A stretch of 64,000 nt of DNA, from contig JAGAEA010000047.1 in NCBI GenBank assembly GCA_017613355.1, forward strand, positions 4,393-68,392. Reading direction: 5' to 3'. Source of the DNA: Clostridia bacterium. Lineage in GTDB: Bacteria > Bacillota > Clostridia > Oscillospirales > CAG-272. How positions within the stretch are numbered: the stretch's first letter is position 1; each line of letters opens with the position of its first letter. Position numbers and translations under genes: made by a program. Below are positions 1 through 8,623 of the stretch, piece after piece. A model generated the notes under the pieces. That model had not been told where the DNA came from. It did not search any database and saw only the letters and a list, made by a program, of their open reading frames with translations.

Positions 1-154
1 TTTCTACATTTCCCCCTTCACTTAAAAGGGCATTTTTGACCAATAAATCGAAACTTTTTTGCGCGCAAAAAAATCGCCGATATCATTACCGCCGACTACT
101 TCGCTTGACTATTCGGTTGTCACTTCACTACAGCATAATCACCTCCTGTAAACA

Positions 155-217
155 AAAAGTCCGTACGAATTTGACCGCCAAACTAACACAGGCGTAATTA
201 CACTCGTACGGACTTTT
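155..217 (-). terminator. 14-bp perfect inverted repeat with 35-nt spacer followed by a U-run on the minus strand (terminator-like or structured element)
   Basis: aaaagtccgtacga (155-168) pairs with tcgtacggactttt (204-217). On the minus strand the stem is followed by UUUUUGUUU. Confidence 0.4.
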
Positions 218-290
218 CTTCCGTTTTGATATTGAATTTTAATTGTGCTACCTAAAAAATTGCATAGCGAAAAAGCCCATCAACATTTTC

Positions 291-505
291 CGCAAAAAAC
301 GCAACAATTTCATTGCAAAGCAGAAAACTCCGGGAAGCTCTCGATCGCCAAACCATCATAGCGATCGACGCCAGCCGCAACAACAAACACTTACCCTATC
401 GTAGAGTTGCGCCGGGGAACCGCGGGATCATCTCTCCCGCGCAAACGAAGTTCTTTTCTTGCAACCCACAAAGCGGCATTTCGCAAGGCAAACTTCCAAT
501 AACGG
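291..505 (-). ncRNA. Candidate structured non-coding RNA (unclassified), or a decayed gene remnant, transcribed from the 510-538 promoter
   Basis: GC-rich patch in an AT-rich context, starting ~7 nt after a consensus -10. Perfect helices at 421-427/435-441, 341-348/361-368, 447-452/491-496 and 458-462/483-487. A weak hairpin plus U6 at 294-322 (minus-strand sense). No convincing ORF with an RBS. Confidence 0.35.
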
Positions 506-509
506 AACT

Positions 510-538
510 ATTATAGCATATAGATTTGCTGTTGTCAA
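510..538 (-). promoter_or_regulatory. Sigma-A-type consensus promoter (TTGACA-17 nt-TGcTATAAT)
   Basis: The minus strand reads ttgaca acagcaaatctatatgc tataat. The -35 is at 533-538 and the -10 at 510-515, with an extended -10 TG. Confidence 0.6.
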
Positions 539-574
539 TAGTTTTTTGAAAAAATATTTCCGAAAGCAGAAAAA

Positions 575-2962
575 TTAGAAGAGGGCTTGGTTTGGAGATC
601 TTCCACAACACTTTTTATATTTCTTCCCGCTACCGCATGGGCACAATTCATTTCGCCCAATTTTGTTTCCGTTCGAAGCGATGTATCGTTGTAATCGATC
701 GCTTGCAAGTCTCTCTCCTTGAATTCTTAATTCTTCCCAACGATCCGTTGGAATATCTTTTTTAGAATAGAAGCAAATCGAAACCCCTTTAATTTCTCGA
801 AAATCATCTAAATCAAGGTTGATTTGTGTACGATTTTCATCACTGTTCAAAATCATATTTGAAAGGACATAATCTTTTTGGGTCTCTTCGGTAGGACTTG
901 GAACACCAGGCTGAGAAATAAAACAAGAGTATCTTAAATCGCTTTCCTCTTTTCCAATTGAACTGATTGTTCTTGTCTGACCCGTCGTTTTTTGATACGT
1001 AAAAACTTGCTCTATTTGATTGGACAACTGTTTTTTTGCCTCTGACGAAAAGTCCAAGAAATAATTTGATATTTGCACTTTATTATCATAATTAGACTTA
1101 TCTAAAAAAGCGATAATCTTTTCGAAAAGCCCCGGGATTGCTTGCTGAGGTTTTACAGGATTTAGTTGGGGATGATAAATTTGTGTAAAGTAATTATCTA
1201 ACTCTTCTCTAAATCCAATCGGATTTGTTCTGCCCCGACTCATGCCCGAGAAATACATTGCATAACAATTATGCTTAATGTACATTCCCAAGTGGTCTAA
1301 CTCGTCCGTCGGAACAAGATTTCGCAATAAAGTAGCCGCTCTTCGGTTCTTCAAAAAGTGCAAAAACTTCGAGGGGGAATCAAAATAAGACTGGTATACC
1401 ATCAAATCGTCAATCGCTATACTTATCGCACTGCAATTTGCTTTTATAAAGCTTAGTTTTTCAGCTCTTGCAGCAAAAACATTTATGTTGTCTACGGTGA
1501 CTGAAAGCAAATATATATCGTTAATTTTTGACATATCAATGCAATCTTTTTCGGTTTTATCTTCATTGTATAATTGGGCATTATCTTTTGAAGACAAATA
1601 ATCAAAAGTTCGTTGACATTGATTCTCCGATTCTTCAATCAACTTTTTATACGATTCGATGTGATGATCAAAGTCAAAAATCGGTGGAGTATAAACAAAG
1701 GTTCCTGCTTTGATTTCAACAACCATTAAACAATCGTAATATTGTATTATTAGATCGTTTTCGCACATCTGCTTTAAAGACTTATTTCTGGGATAATAAT
1801 TATTTTTATAAATTGAACATCCGGGAAGTAGCTTTTGAAAAACATCTGCTACCATGGATTCGCTCGCCTGTTGTTGGATTGAACTCCAATTATAATCAGG
1901 ATTTTTATTTAAAATCATCTTTTGAATTGCTCTGTAAAAATTATCTGCGAAGGAATAATAATCAAAGCAATAATATTGATCTTCAATTCCGATAAAAGGC
2001 TTTTTTTGTATGGGCAAATTTATAATTGGCCATCCAGAATATTCTTTGTCAGCAAAAAAGTCCGTGCACTCGCCCAAGCCAAAAGAAAGCTCTTTAACGA
2101 ATTCTTTTGACCACCCTGTTATGTCGCAAACATCATTTAGCCCAACGCCAAAAAAATCTTGAGCAAGTTTTTGCCCTGTTTCTATTTGGGCGCTCATAAC
2201 CTGTTCAATATCCTTTTGATCAATATCTTTCAAGGCATCAAACATATTCATAAGCCCATTCATGGGATCCATTCTTCCCTGCGAGAGAGCATATTGCAAT
2301 TTGCCTATCCCTTCAATAATGTCGTTGCTTGACATGTTGAATAATTTCAGAAAAATATCATTGTGAGGCATAAGTAAATATCTATAGTAATCTAACTCAA
2401 ACACCTGATATCTATGCCCTCTAACCAAATATGCCGCTTGTGCCTCAAATATCTCTTGCAACAATTCCTCGTTTATGTTATGGGATTTTTTATAAGCAGC
2501 GAAAAAAGCAATGTAATACTGGTGAACTAATTGATATAATTGTTCAATATCAGCACTAATTTCAAAGAACAATTCTGAAGGGTCTTCGATGGCTTCTGGT
2601 TGCCTTTTTTCGCATGAAACATAAACGCTTTGAATGTATTCAACTGAACGACCAACTGCAATATTGTCAAGTCCTTGAAGTTGAAATTCTGAAGTCGTTC
2701 CTAAAAGTGATTGAAGAAAAGTTAACTGAACATAGTTTAACAATTGCAACGGATCACATTTAAGAATGTTATCACGTATCTTTAAGATTAAAGAATCCAT
2801 TTCAGACTTTAATTCTGGTTCTTGCTTTGAAAGTTCATCCATAAGTTTTGAATGATCATTTTGTGACAGGACGTTGTGCAAAAAGATATTTTGTCCTATT
2901 TGCTCCATCTCCACAATACCATTATTAAAATAGTTTTTTGCTTTTTCCGTTTTGGGCTTCAA
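575..2962 (-). CDS. Uncharacterised 795-aa protein: PD-(D/E)xK/NERD-like nuclease core plus C-terminal SEC-C zinc-binding motif
   Basis: Long uninterrupted ORF starting 54 nt downstream of res on the same strand, with no intervening hairpin. CPCGSGKKYKKCCG lies at the C-terminus (nt 605-643). E368 ... ENDLIIQYYDCLMVVEIKAG (D403, E416, K418; nt 1709-1861) fits E...D...ExK. The start is TTG at 2962 with a distant GGAG; the next in-frame ATG is codon 19. Confidence 0.75.
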   Translation of the reverse strand: MKPKTEKAKNYFNNGIVEMEQIGQNIFLHNVLSQNDHSKLMDELSKQEPELKSEMDSLILKIRDNILKCDPLQLLNYVQLTFLQSLLGTTSEFQLQGLDNIAVGRSVEYIQSVYVSCEKRQPEAIEDPSELFFEISADIEQLYQLVHQYYIAFFAAYKKSHNINEELLQEIFEAQAAYLVRGHRYQVFELDYYRYLLMPHNDIFLKLFNMSSNDIIEGIGKLQYALSQGRMDPMNGLMNMFDALKDIDQKDIEQVMSAQIETGQKLAQDFFGVGLNDVCDITGWSKEFVKELSFGLGECTDFFADKEYSGWPIINLPIQKKPFIGIEDQYYCFDYYSFADNFYRAIQKMILNKNPDYNWSSIQQQASESMVADVFQKLLPGCSIYKNNYYPRNKSLKQMCENDLIIQYYDCLMVVEIKAGTFVYTPPIFDFDHHIESYKKLIEESENQCQRTFDYLSSKDNAQLYNEDKTEKDCIDMSKINDIYLLSVTVDNINVFAARAEKLSFIKANCSAISIAIDDLMVYQSYFDSPSKFLHFLKNRRAATLLRNLVPTDELDHLGMYIKHNCYAMYFSGMSRGRTNPIGFREELDNYFTQIYHPQLNPVKPQQAIPGLFEKIIAFLDKSNYDNKVQISNYFLDFSSEAKKQLSNQIEQVFTYQKTTGQTRTISSIGKEESDLRYSCFISQPGVPSPTEETQKDYVLSNMILNSDENRTQINLDLDDFREIKGVSICFYSKKDIPTDRWEELRIQGERLASDRLQRYIASNGNKIGRNELCPCGSGKKYKKCCGRSPNQALF

Positions 2963-3016
2963 GATTAGTTACACTCCGTTTCCGTTGCTTTATTTGTCTC
3001 CTATAGTTCTCTAATT

Positions 3017-5668
3017 TTACTTCCCCTCAAACCTCTCCGCCAGTTGCTTAAAGGACGAATTCGGCTGAATTTGCCCCGCGGGGATGAAGAGATATCGCCA
3101 TTCCTTATAGCCGTTGGCTTTGCCCCAACGGGAAGCGACGGCACAATACTGAATTCCGCGCTCTTTCTTGGCAAGAACATCCGGGTCATTGAGTTTGTCC
3201 TCTCCCTTGACTTCCACCAAGTAAATGATATTTTCGGTTTCCACCACAAAATCCGGCTCGTAGATGTGTCCGTGATTGTAGGTGATATTGAATTCTTGCG
3301 GATGCGGACGCAACCAGTTGACCACGTCGGGATCGGATTCCAGCACGCGCGCGAGCGTCAGTTCGCCCTCCTTGCTGTCAAATTTGGCAGTGCTGAAAAC
3401 ACCTTTCCGAATTCCCGTAAACAGAACGCTTCTGATATCTTCCGTAAACGACTCGTAAAGGCCAGCCGATTCTCTATAGTTGTAGGTTTGTTGGAGATTA
3501 TAATCCCTCGTTCCGATCACTTCTTCCTGCAAAAATCCGTTTTTACAATAGAAGTGCCGGAGCATTTGAGCATACAATTTGTTGCCGATATCGCGCTTAT
3601 ACATCATAACAATGTTGCGCATCCCATTCTCGCCGTTTGCGGCAGTGTAGTGATCGCAAAGCTGCGTGATGAGTTTGAACAACAGCGCGGAACACTTCTC
3701 ATAGTCGATTTCCGGCTTTTTACGAAGCTCGTCCAAAATCACCTTTTTGGGATTGTAGCCTTCAAAGTCAATGGCGTCACCTTTGATGCGCTGACGGTCA
3801 CTCATATCCTCAAGATTCTGGATCAACAATTCATTGCGAATCGGCACGTGATTGAAGTCGGCAAAATCAAGATCGAAATCCACAAAAACATATTCTTCCA
3901 CGCCGGCATCGGTGATTTTGATGCGCGGAATCGGGATGAATTTTTCTTTGGCGGCAATGTAGGTTTGCTCGGTTTCGTGCAACATCCATGAAGCCAAAGG
4001 CATTTCATTTTCGCGGAAAGTATCGCCAAGGTCCTGATCTTCCGAAATCTGCTTTGCAACCGACTCTGCAATTCTTTTTGCCGTCTGCTGTGTAACCGTA
4101 TGGCTTGGTTCGCTCTGAATACTCTGCAAAACTTCATTTTGAAGCAGTGTTTTGGTTTTTTCAAAAACTGCGTCGGTCTTTTCCGTGCGTTCCAGTTGCG
4201 TAAAGGAATACGCTTCCTCGTGTGTTTCGGTTGACGGGATATCAAACGACAACTGCGTGGTGGTGATTTGTTCCGGCACGAGTTCCTCTGCTTTGATGAC
4301 GTTCCCGGCTTTGAAGATAGAGTCGCCGCGTTGCGCTTCAGCGAGAATATCGTTGAATTTGTCGTGCGCTGTCAGCATGACAGCATCAACGTCGCGGTCG
4401 CCGGTGCGTTCTCCGTAAGGTAAACGCAAACCGCGCCCCACCATCTGCTCGCGCAGAATTTTCGATGCGGCGGTGCGAAGAGGGACAATGGTATAAAGAT
4501 TGTTGACGTCCCAACCCTCTTTGAGCATATTGACGTGAATAACGATCTCAACCGGGTTTTCCGGGTCTTCCACTTCCAACAAAAGCCGTGTGTTTGCCTC
4601 GGTCTCGGCGCCGGTTTGTTTGGAGTGAACGATGATCGTCTTATTTTTATATGCCCCGTCACGGAATTCATCGGAGCGAACAAATTGATCCACCCATTGT
4701 GCGTGTTCAGTGTCTTTGCAAACCACCATCATAAACGGTTTGACAACCGGCTTGCCCGGATGATTGCCGGCATATACCTTTAACTTTTGTTTTGTGGTTT
4801 CATGGCACAAAATGCCGTCCAAAAGCATGAGCTTGTCCAGTTGCTCGTCGCCGAAATTATAAAAATCAATATCCGATCGGGTAACGGCAAACGGAGTACG
4901 GGTATAGCCGTCTTCAATCGCTTTGGAGAGCGGATATTCATAGACAACGTTTTTGAACGGAACCTGCTTGCTTCCTTTGGTAACGAGCGGCGTTGCCGTT
5001 AATTCCAGCCCCAAAAGAGGATGCAGTTCATTCAGAGCCGCCGCTCCTCTTTCTGCCCGATAGTGGTGCGATTCATCCATGATCAGCACAAGGTCGGGCA
5101 AGGCAGAAAGATACTGATAAAAGGAGTCGCCGATAATTTCGTTGACCTTTTTCATGTTGGCATCTTCTTTATTGAACTTGTCAATGTTATAAACAAAGAT
5201 GCGGATATCCGATTCAAAGGCAGAAATCTGCCGCGATTTATAATCGTCGTCAGTAATAATCTGCGGAGGCGCGCTGAAACAACCGAGTCCACGGAACACA
5301 TACTTTTGGCTGGTCATATCGGAAAGATCCCGCTTCAGCTTTTCGTATATGGTCGTATTCGGCGCAACGACAAAATAGTTTTTAATATTGTGTTGCGTGT
5401 ATAAATACGCGATAAAAGCGCCCATCAATCTGGTTTTGCCAACGCCGGTGGCAAGGGCAAAGGTCAGCGACATAAACTCCCGCTCAAAATCGGAGCAAAT
5501 CGGATACAGTGCATGAACCGCACCGAGCGCGCCGCGCAGGTTCATTCCTTTTTTGAGGGAAACGCTGTTCAAAATCTCTTCCAAAATCTTCAGAGACTTT
5601 TCCTGCGGCTTGCGGAGTGACATAACGCCGGTGATGTAATCGGTGGTGTATTGCGGGAAATTACTCAT
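3017..5668 (-). CDS. res: Type III restriction endonuclease, Res subunit (helicase-nuclease)
   Basis: Walker A LATGVGKT, DEAH-like LIMDESHHY, and a helicase C region (LKEGWDVNNLYTIVPLR, QMVGRGLRLPYG). C-terminal nuclease motif YEPDFVVETENIIYLVEVKGE. The ATG at 5668 overlaps the mod stop (ATGAGTAA). Confidence 0.9.
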   Translation of the reverse strand: MSNFPQYTTDYITGVMSLRKPQEKSLKILEEILNSVSLKKGMNLRGALGAVHALYPICSDFEREFMSLTFALATGVGKTRLMGAFIAYLYTQHNIKNYFVVAPNTTIYEKLKRDLSDMTSQKYVFRGLGCFSAPPQIITDDDYKSRQISAFESDIRIFVYNIDKFNKEDANMKKVNEIIGDSFYQYLSALPDLVLIMDESHHYRAERGAAALNELHPLLGLELTATPLVTKGSKQVPFKNVVYEYPLSKAIEDGYTRTPFAVTRSDIDFYNFGDEQLDKLMLLDGILCHETTKQKLKVYAGNHPGKPVVKPFMMVVCKDTEHAQWVDQFVRSDEFRDGAYKNKTIIVHSKQTGAETEANTRLLLEVEDPENPVEIVIHVNMLKEGWDVNNLYTIVPLRTAASKILREQMVGRGLRLPYGERTGDRDVDAVMLTAHDKFNDILAEAQRGDSIFKAGNVIKAEELVPEQITTTQLSFDIPSTETHEEAYSFTQLERTEKTDAVFEKTKTLLQNEVLQSIQSEPSHTVTQQTAKRIAESVAKQISEDQDLGDTFRENEMPLASWMLHETEQTYIAAKEKFIPIPRIKITDAGVEEYVFVDFDLDFADFNHVPIRNELLIQNLEDMSDRQRIKGDAIDFEGYNPKKVILDELRKKPEIDYEKCSALLFKLITQLCDHYTAANGENGMRNIVMMYKRDIGNKLYAQMLRHFYCKNGFLQEEVIGTRDYNLQQTYNYRESAGLYESFTEDIRSVLFTGIRKGVFSTAKFDSKEGELTLARVLESDPDVVNWLRPHPQEFNITYNHGHIYEPDFVVETENIIYLVEVKGEDKLNDPDVLAKKERGIQYCAVASRWGKANGYKEWRYLFIPAGQIQPNSSFKQLAERFEGK

Positions 5669-7241
5669 CGCATTCTTCCTCCTCGTCGTCATATACCGGT
5701 GGATGGACAATGTTCAGATTATAATTCTCTTTTCCAAATTCACAACGGTCAAGTAGCATTTGCGGGATCTTTTTGATGGTGATGTTGCTATACGCCTTTT
5801 CCAAGCCGGCATCGTAGGAACGGCAGGCAATGATCAGATACTCGCCTTCTTCCATCGTATCGCGGATGGAATCCAGGAAGGTGCTGTTCAAGTGCCGCGT
5901 CGTCACAAAAAGATAGCTCTTTTCGTTTCCAACTGACTGCTTCCAAAACAGGTTGCCGTCGGGTTGATAGGTAAAGCCCTCGTGCAATGCCATTGCCGCC
6001 GCAAGCATATCCGCATCGTAATCGGGATTGATCACATATTCGCCAAACGGATCTTGGTTGATGAGCGTTGGGGCAAGCTCATAAAAGCGGTAGCCACCGC
6101 CGCTTTCCCACTTCACAGATTTTGTGATACCGCCCTGATCTTCGCCGGAAATAACTTTATCCAAGCGCACTTTACAGTGTGTATAAGCGTGGTCGCCCAT
6201 TTCAATGCCAATATACCGTCTGCCCATCTTGTGGGCGACGGCGGCAGTTGTTCCGGAACCGAGGAAAGAGTCGAGGACAAGATCGTTAGGTTGCGTTGCT
6301 AATATCATTATTCTTTCAAGAAGGCGTTCTGGTTTCGGTGTTGAAAAAACGTCATCACTATTGAGTTGTTTCGCTTCTGTTTTTGCCTCTTGGTTATCGC
6401 CGACTTCATCTCGAAACCAAAGAGTTGTTGGCACAAGACCGTCTTTAACCTCTGAAAGGAATTTTTTGTAACGAGGAACATTTTTTCCATTTTTTCCGAA
6501 CCATATCCGATTATCTTTCTCCATTTGTTCCAGACTTTCATGAGAAAAGGCGGCGAATCTGCCAGCTGGTGGAGTCCAGACAACACCATTCGAGAAAACA
6601 TGGGTAAAATTGGGATCGGTACCGCTTCTTGCTTGCAACGGGAGAGATTGCCACGGTCCACGTGGATCATTATCAGGGTTTGAATATCCTTTTTCACTTT
6701 CTGGTGTGCGCGGAAGGAGATAAGGATGCCACATTTCTTTTGACTTTGCATAAACAAGGATAAAATCATGATTATCGGAAAACCATTTCGCGTCATTTGC
6801 ACGCGTATGCTTTTTATGCCAAATAACTGTAGCAATAAAATTGCTACGGCCAAAAACCTCATCGCAGAGGACTTTTAAATAGTGACCTTCATCATCATCT
6901 ATACTAATCCAAATACTACCATCAATTGTCAGTAAATGTTTCAGCAATTCAAGACGAGGTCTCATCAGATTTAGCCACTCGCTGTGCTCTAAATTATCAT
7001 CGTAATGCTCAAAAGCTGCGCCGGTATTATACGGCGGATCAATATAGATACATTTCACCTGACCGGCATACTTGCTCTCCAACGCTTTTAGCGCCAAAAG
7101 GTTGTCCCCGTGGATCAACATATTTTCGGTATCAGGATCGTTGGCACAGTTCGACAGAGCCGCATTCTCAATCAAGAGTCTCGGCTCAACCACAATCGGC
7201 TCGTCTTTTCCGTACCAAGTCAATTCCAATTTGTTTGGCAT
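5661..7241 (-). CDS. mod: Type III R-M Mod subunit, N6-adenine/N4-cytosine-class DNA methyltransferase
   Basis: IYIDPPYNTG (motif IV) precedes FLGSGTTAAVAHKMGRRYIGIE (motif I), which is the beta-class order. GGAGG RBS. 8-nt overlap with res. Confidence 0.9.
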   Translation of the reverse strand: MPNKLELTWYGKDEPIVVEPRLLIENAALSNCANDPDTENMLIHGDNLLALKALESKYAGQVKCIYIDPPYNTGAAFEHYDDNLEHSEWLNLMRPRLELLKHLLTIDGSIWISIDDDEGHYLKVLCDEVFGRSNFIATVIWHKKHTRANDAKWFSDNHDFILVYAKSKEMWHPYLLPRTPESEKGYSNPDNDPRGPWQSLPLQARSGTDPNFTHVFSNGVVWTPPAGRFAAFSHESLEQMEKDNRIWFGKNGKNVPRYKKFLSEVKDGLVPTTLWFRDEVGDNQEAKTEAKQLNSDDVFSTPKPERLLERIMILATQPNDLVLDSFLGSGTTAAVAHKMGRRYIGIEMGDHAYTHCKVRLDKVISGEDQGGITKSVKWESGGGYRFYELAPTLINQDPFGEYVINPDYDADMLAAAMALHEGFTYQPDGNLFWKQSVGNEKSYLFVTTRHLNSTFLDSIRDTMEEGEYLIIACRSYDAGLEKAYSNITIKKIPQMLLDRCEFGKENYNLNIVHPPVYDDEEEECDE

Positions 7242-7274
7242 GATTATTTGTCCTCCGTTGCTTTGTGCGCTTTC

Positions 7275-8561
7275 TTACAGGGAATATCGTGTGTTTCTCG
7301 CCGTTCCGTGGCGCTTGATCAGCCCTTTTTGAACCATATTCGTTAGAATCCTTGTTGCCGTCGGCGCAGAAACTTTTAAGAATGCTTCAACATCCGATCT
7401 GCCAACCTCTTCCTGCTGCCGAATATAATCCAAGACAAGCGCTTCACGCTCATCCGATTCCATTTTTTCAACCGTCGTCAAAGTTGTTTTGGGAAGCGTC
7501 ACCTTAAAGGCGTTTGAAGAACATTCAAAAATCGGTTGCTTTTTGAATCCCTCATAGGATTTTTTGATTTTTGAAATGCCGGTTCCGTACGCTTCAATGA
7601 AATGCAAACGATAGAAAATCTCTGCCAAGCGCCGATTGCGAAGATAGGAAACGCCCATCATAATATCATTCATCTCCACACCGCGCATCAGTCCGCCAAG
7701 CGATACGATTTCCATGCGATCGTCAAATACGCTGACCAGCGTGTAGCCGCCCAATCCATAATCTCTGTGAATAAACGCATTCAAAACCGCTTCGCGGATT
7801 GCCTCAACAGGATAATCTCTGACATCCTTGCGCTTGATGTTTTCAATTTTTGGGCTGCTTAACGTGTTGTATTTATCCAGCATTTTCAAAAGATCGTCTA
7901 ACTGCCGGAACAAGGAACCCGAAAACTCGTGGCGATCCTTGAAAACTTCCTTTTCTGTTCCTTCAAACACGGCAAATTTGATTTTGTGTTCGCATTGATC
8001 GGAAAGAAGCAAGCCGAGATTGGTGTAGCAATCGTCTCTTCCGATCACACCGAGCGACCGCTTTTGCGATTCCGCAAACGAAAGCCCGGCATTGGTAAAT
8101 TCTTCTTCCGCCTGGAAAAAGGTTAGGTTTTGATTCAACGAGCGGGTTTCTTCAAAAGAATCCCCGGTCGTTTCTTTGATCATAGAGAGAATCGCCGTTT
8201 CGGTCGCCGGAACCGAGGCGGTACCGTGCCGGACATAAACACCTTCAGGCCGGATTCCTTTGGAGGCCAGGTAATACGGCGACATACTGCCCCGATTGAC
8301 GGTGATTTTTAAGACCTCTTTGTTCTCCATTGAAATACGCTCATACTTAATAAACATGGAAATATCCGGTTTAACGGTATCGGCTAAATGGCTGACACAT
8401 TGAAGCTCAACCGATTGAATATCGGAAAGCCCAACGACCTTGCCGTCGTCATCAATTCCGATCAAAATCTCGCCGCCGTTGGTGTTGGCAAAAGCGATGA
8501 CTTCCTTGTTCAAATCGTTTACAAATTGCCTTTTGAATTCCATCGTTTCAGACTCTTTCAT
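7275..8561 (-). CDS. AlbA_2 (Schlafen-like) domain / ATPase-like / C-terminal winged-HTH protein, putative regulator or defence-associated ATPase
   Basis: N-terminus ESETMEFKRQF...VIAFANTNGGEILIGIDDDG is typical of the AlbA_2 'divergent AAA/RecG-like' family. The C-terminus LVLDYIRQQEEVGRSDVEAFLKVSAPTATRILTNMVQKGLIKRHG looks like a wHTH. The ATG at 8561 is preceded by GGAGG; the track's TTG at 8573 is less likely. Confidence 0.7.
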   Translation of the reverse strand: MKESETMEFKRQFVNDLNKEVIAFANTNGGEILIGIDDDGKVVGLSDIQSVELQCVSHLADTVKPDISMFIKYERISMENKEVLKITVNRGSMSPYYLASKGIRPEGVYVRHGTASVPATETAILSMIKETTGDSFEETRSLNQNLTFFQAEEEFTNAGLSFAESQKRSLGVIGRDDCYTNLGLLLSDQCEHKIKFAVFEGTEKEVFKDRHEFSGSLFRQLDDLLKMLDKYNTLSSPKIENIKRKDVRDYPVEAIREAVLNAFIHRDYGLGGYTLVSVFDDRMEIVSLGGLMRGVEMNDIMMGVSYLRNRRLAEIFYRLHFIEAYGTGISKIKKSYEGFKKQPIFECSSNAFKVTLPKTTLTTVEKMESDEREALVLDYIRQQEEVGRSDVEAFLKVSAPTATRILTNMVQKGLIKRHGTARNTRYSL

Positions 8562-8596
8562 TTGAACCTCCAAACATTTATCGAATCAATTCGCTT

Positions 8597-8623
8597 TATG
8601 ATTTGATTATATATGATTTGATT
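8597..8623. repeat. Two 12-nt direct repeats TATGATTTGATT (8597-8608, 8612-8623) overlapping the -10 and spacer; candidate operator
   Basis: Exact 12/12 repeat at a 15-nt period, followed by a partial third copy cgatttg. Confidence 0.5.

Noticed and set aside
421-441. CGCGGGA-TCATCTC-TCCCGCG hairpin as a possible tRNA/tmRNA T-arm remnant marking an integration site
   Set aside because: The stem is 7 bp rather than 5, the loop does not match TTCRANY, and no acceptor or CCA-like sequence follows.
313-611. Track ORFs 313-516 (+, 67 aa) and 396-611 (-, 71 aa) in the GC-rich patch after the SEC-C gene
   Set aside because: Neither has a usable RBS. The minus ORF begins upstream of, and runs through, the consensus promoter. 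The region is better explained by dense RNA helices, although a decayed gene fragment cannot be excluded without blastx.
3044-3991. 315-aa plus-strand ORF inside res, and smaller ORFs inside mod (5964-6471, 6308-6862)
   Set aside because: They are antisense to, or out of frame with, res and mod. No motifs are present.
5661-7241. Looked for simple-sequence repeats in mod that would indicate phase variation (common in Type III mod genes)
   Set aside because: No homopolymer or short tandem repeat tract of notable length was seen in or just upstream of the gene.
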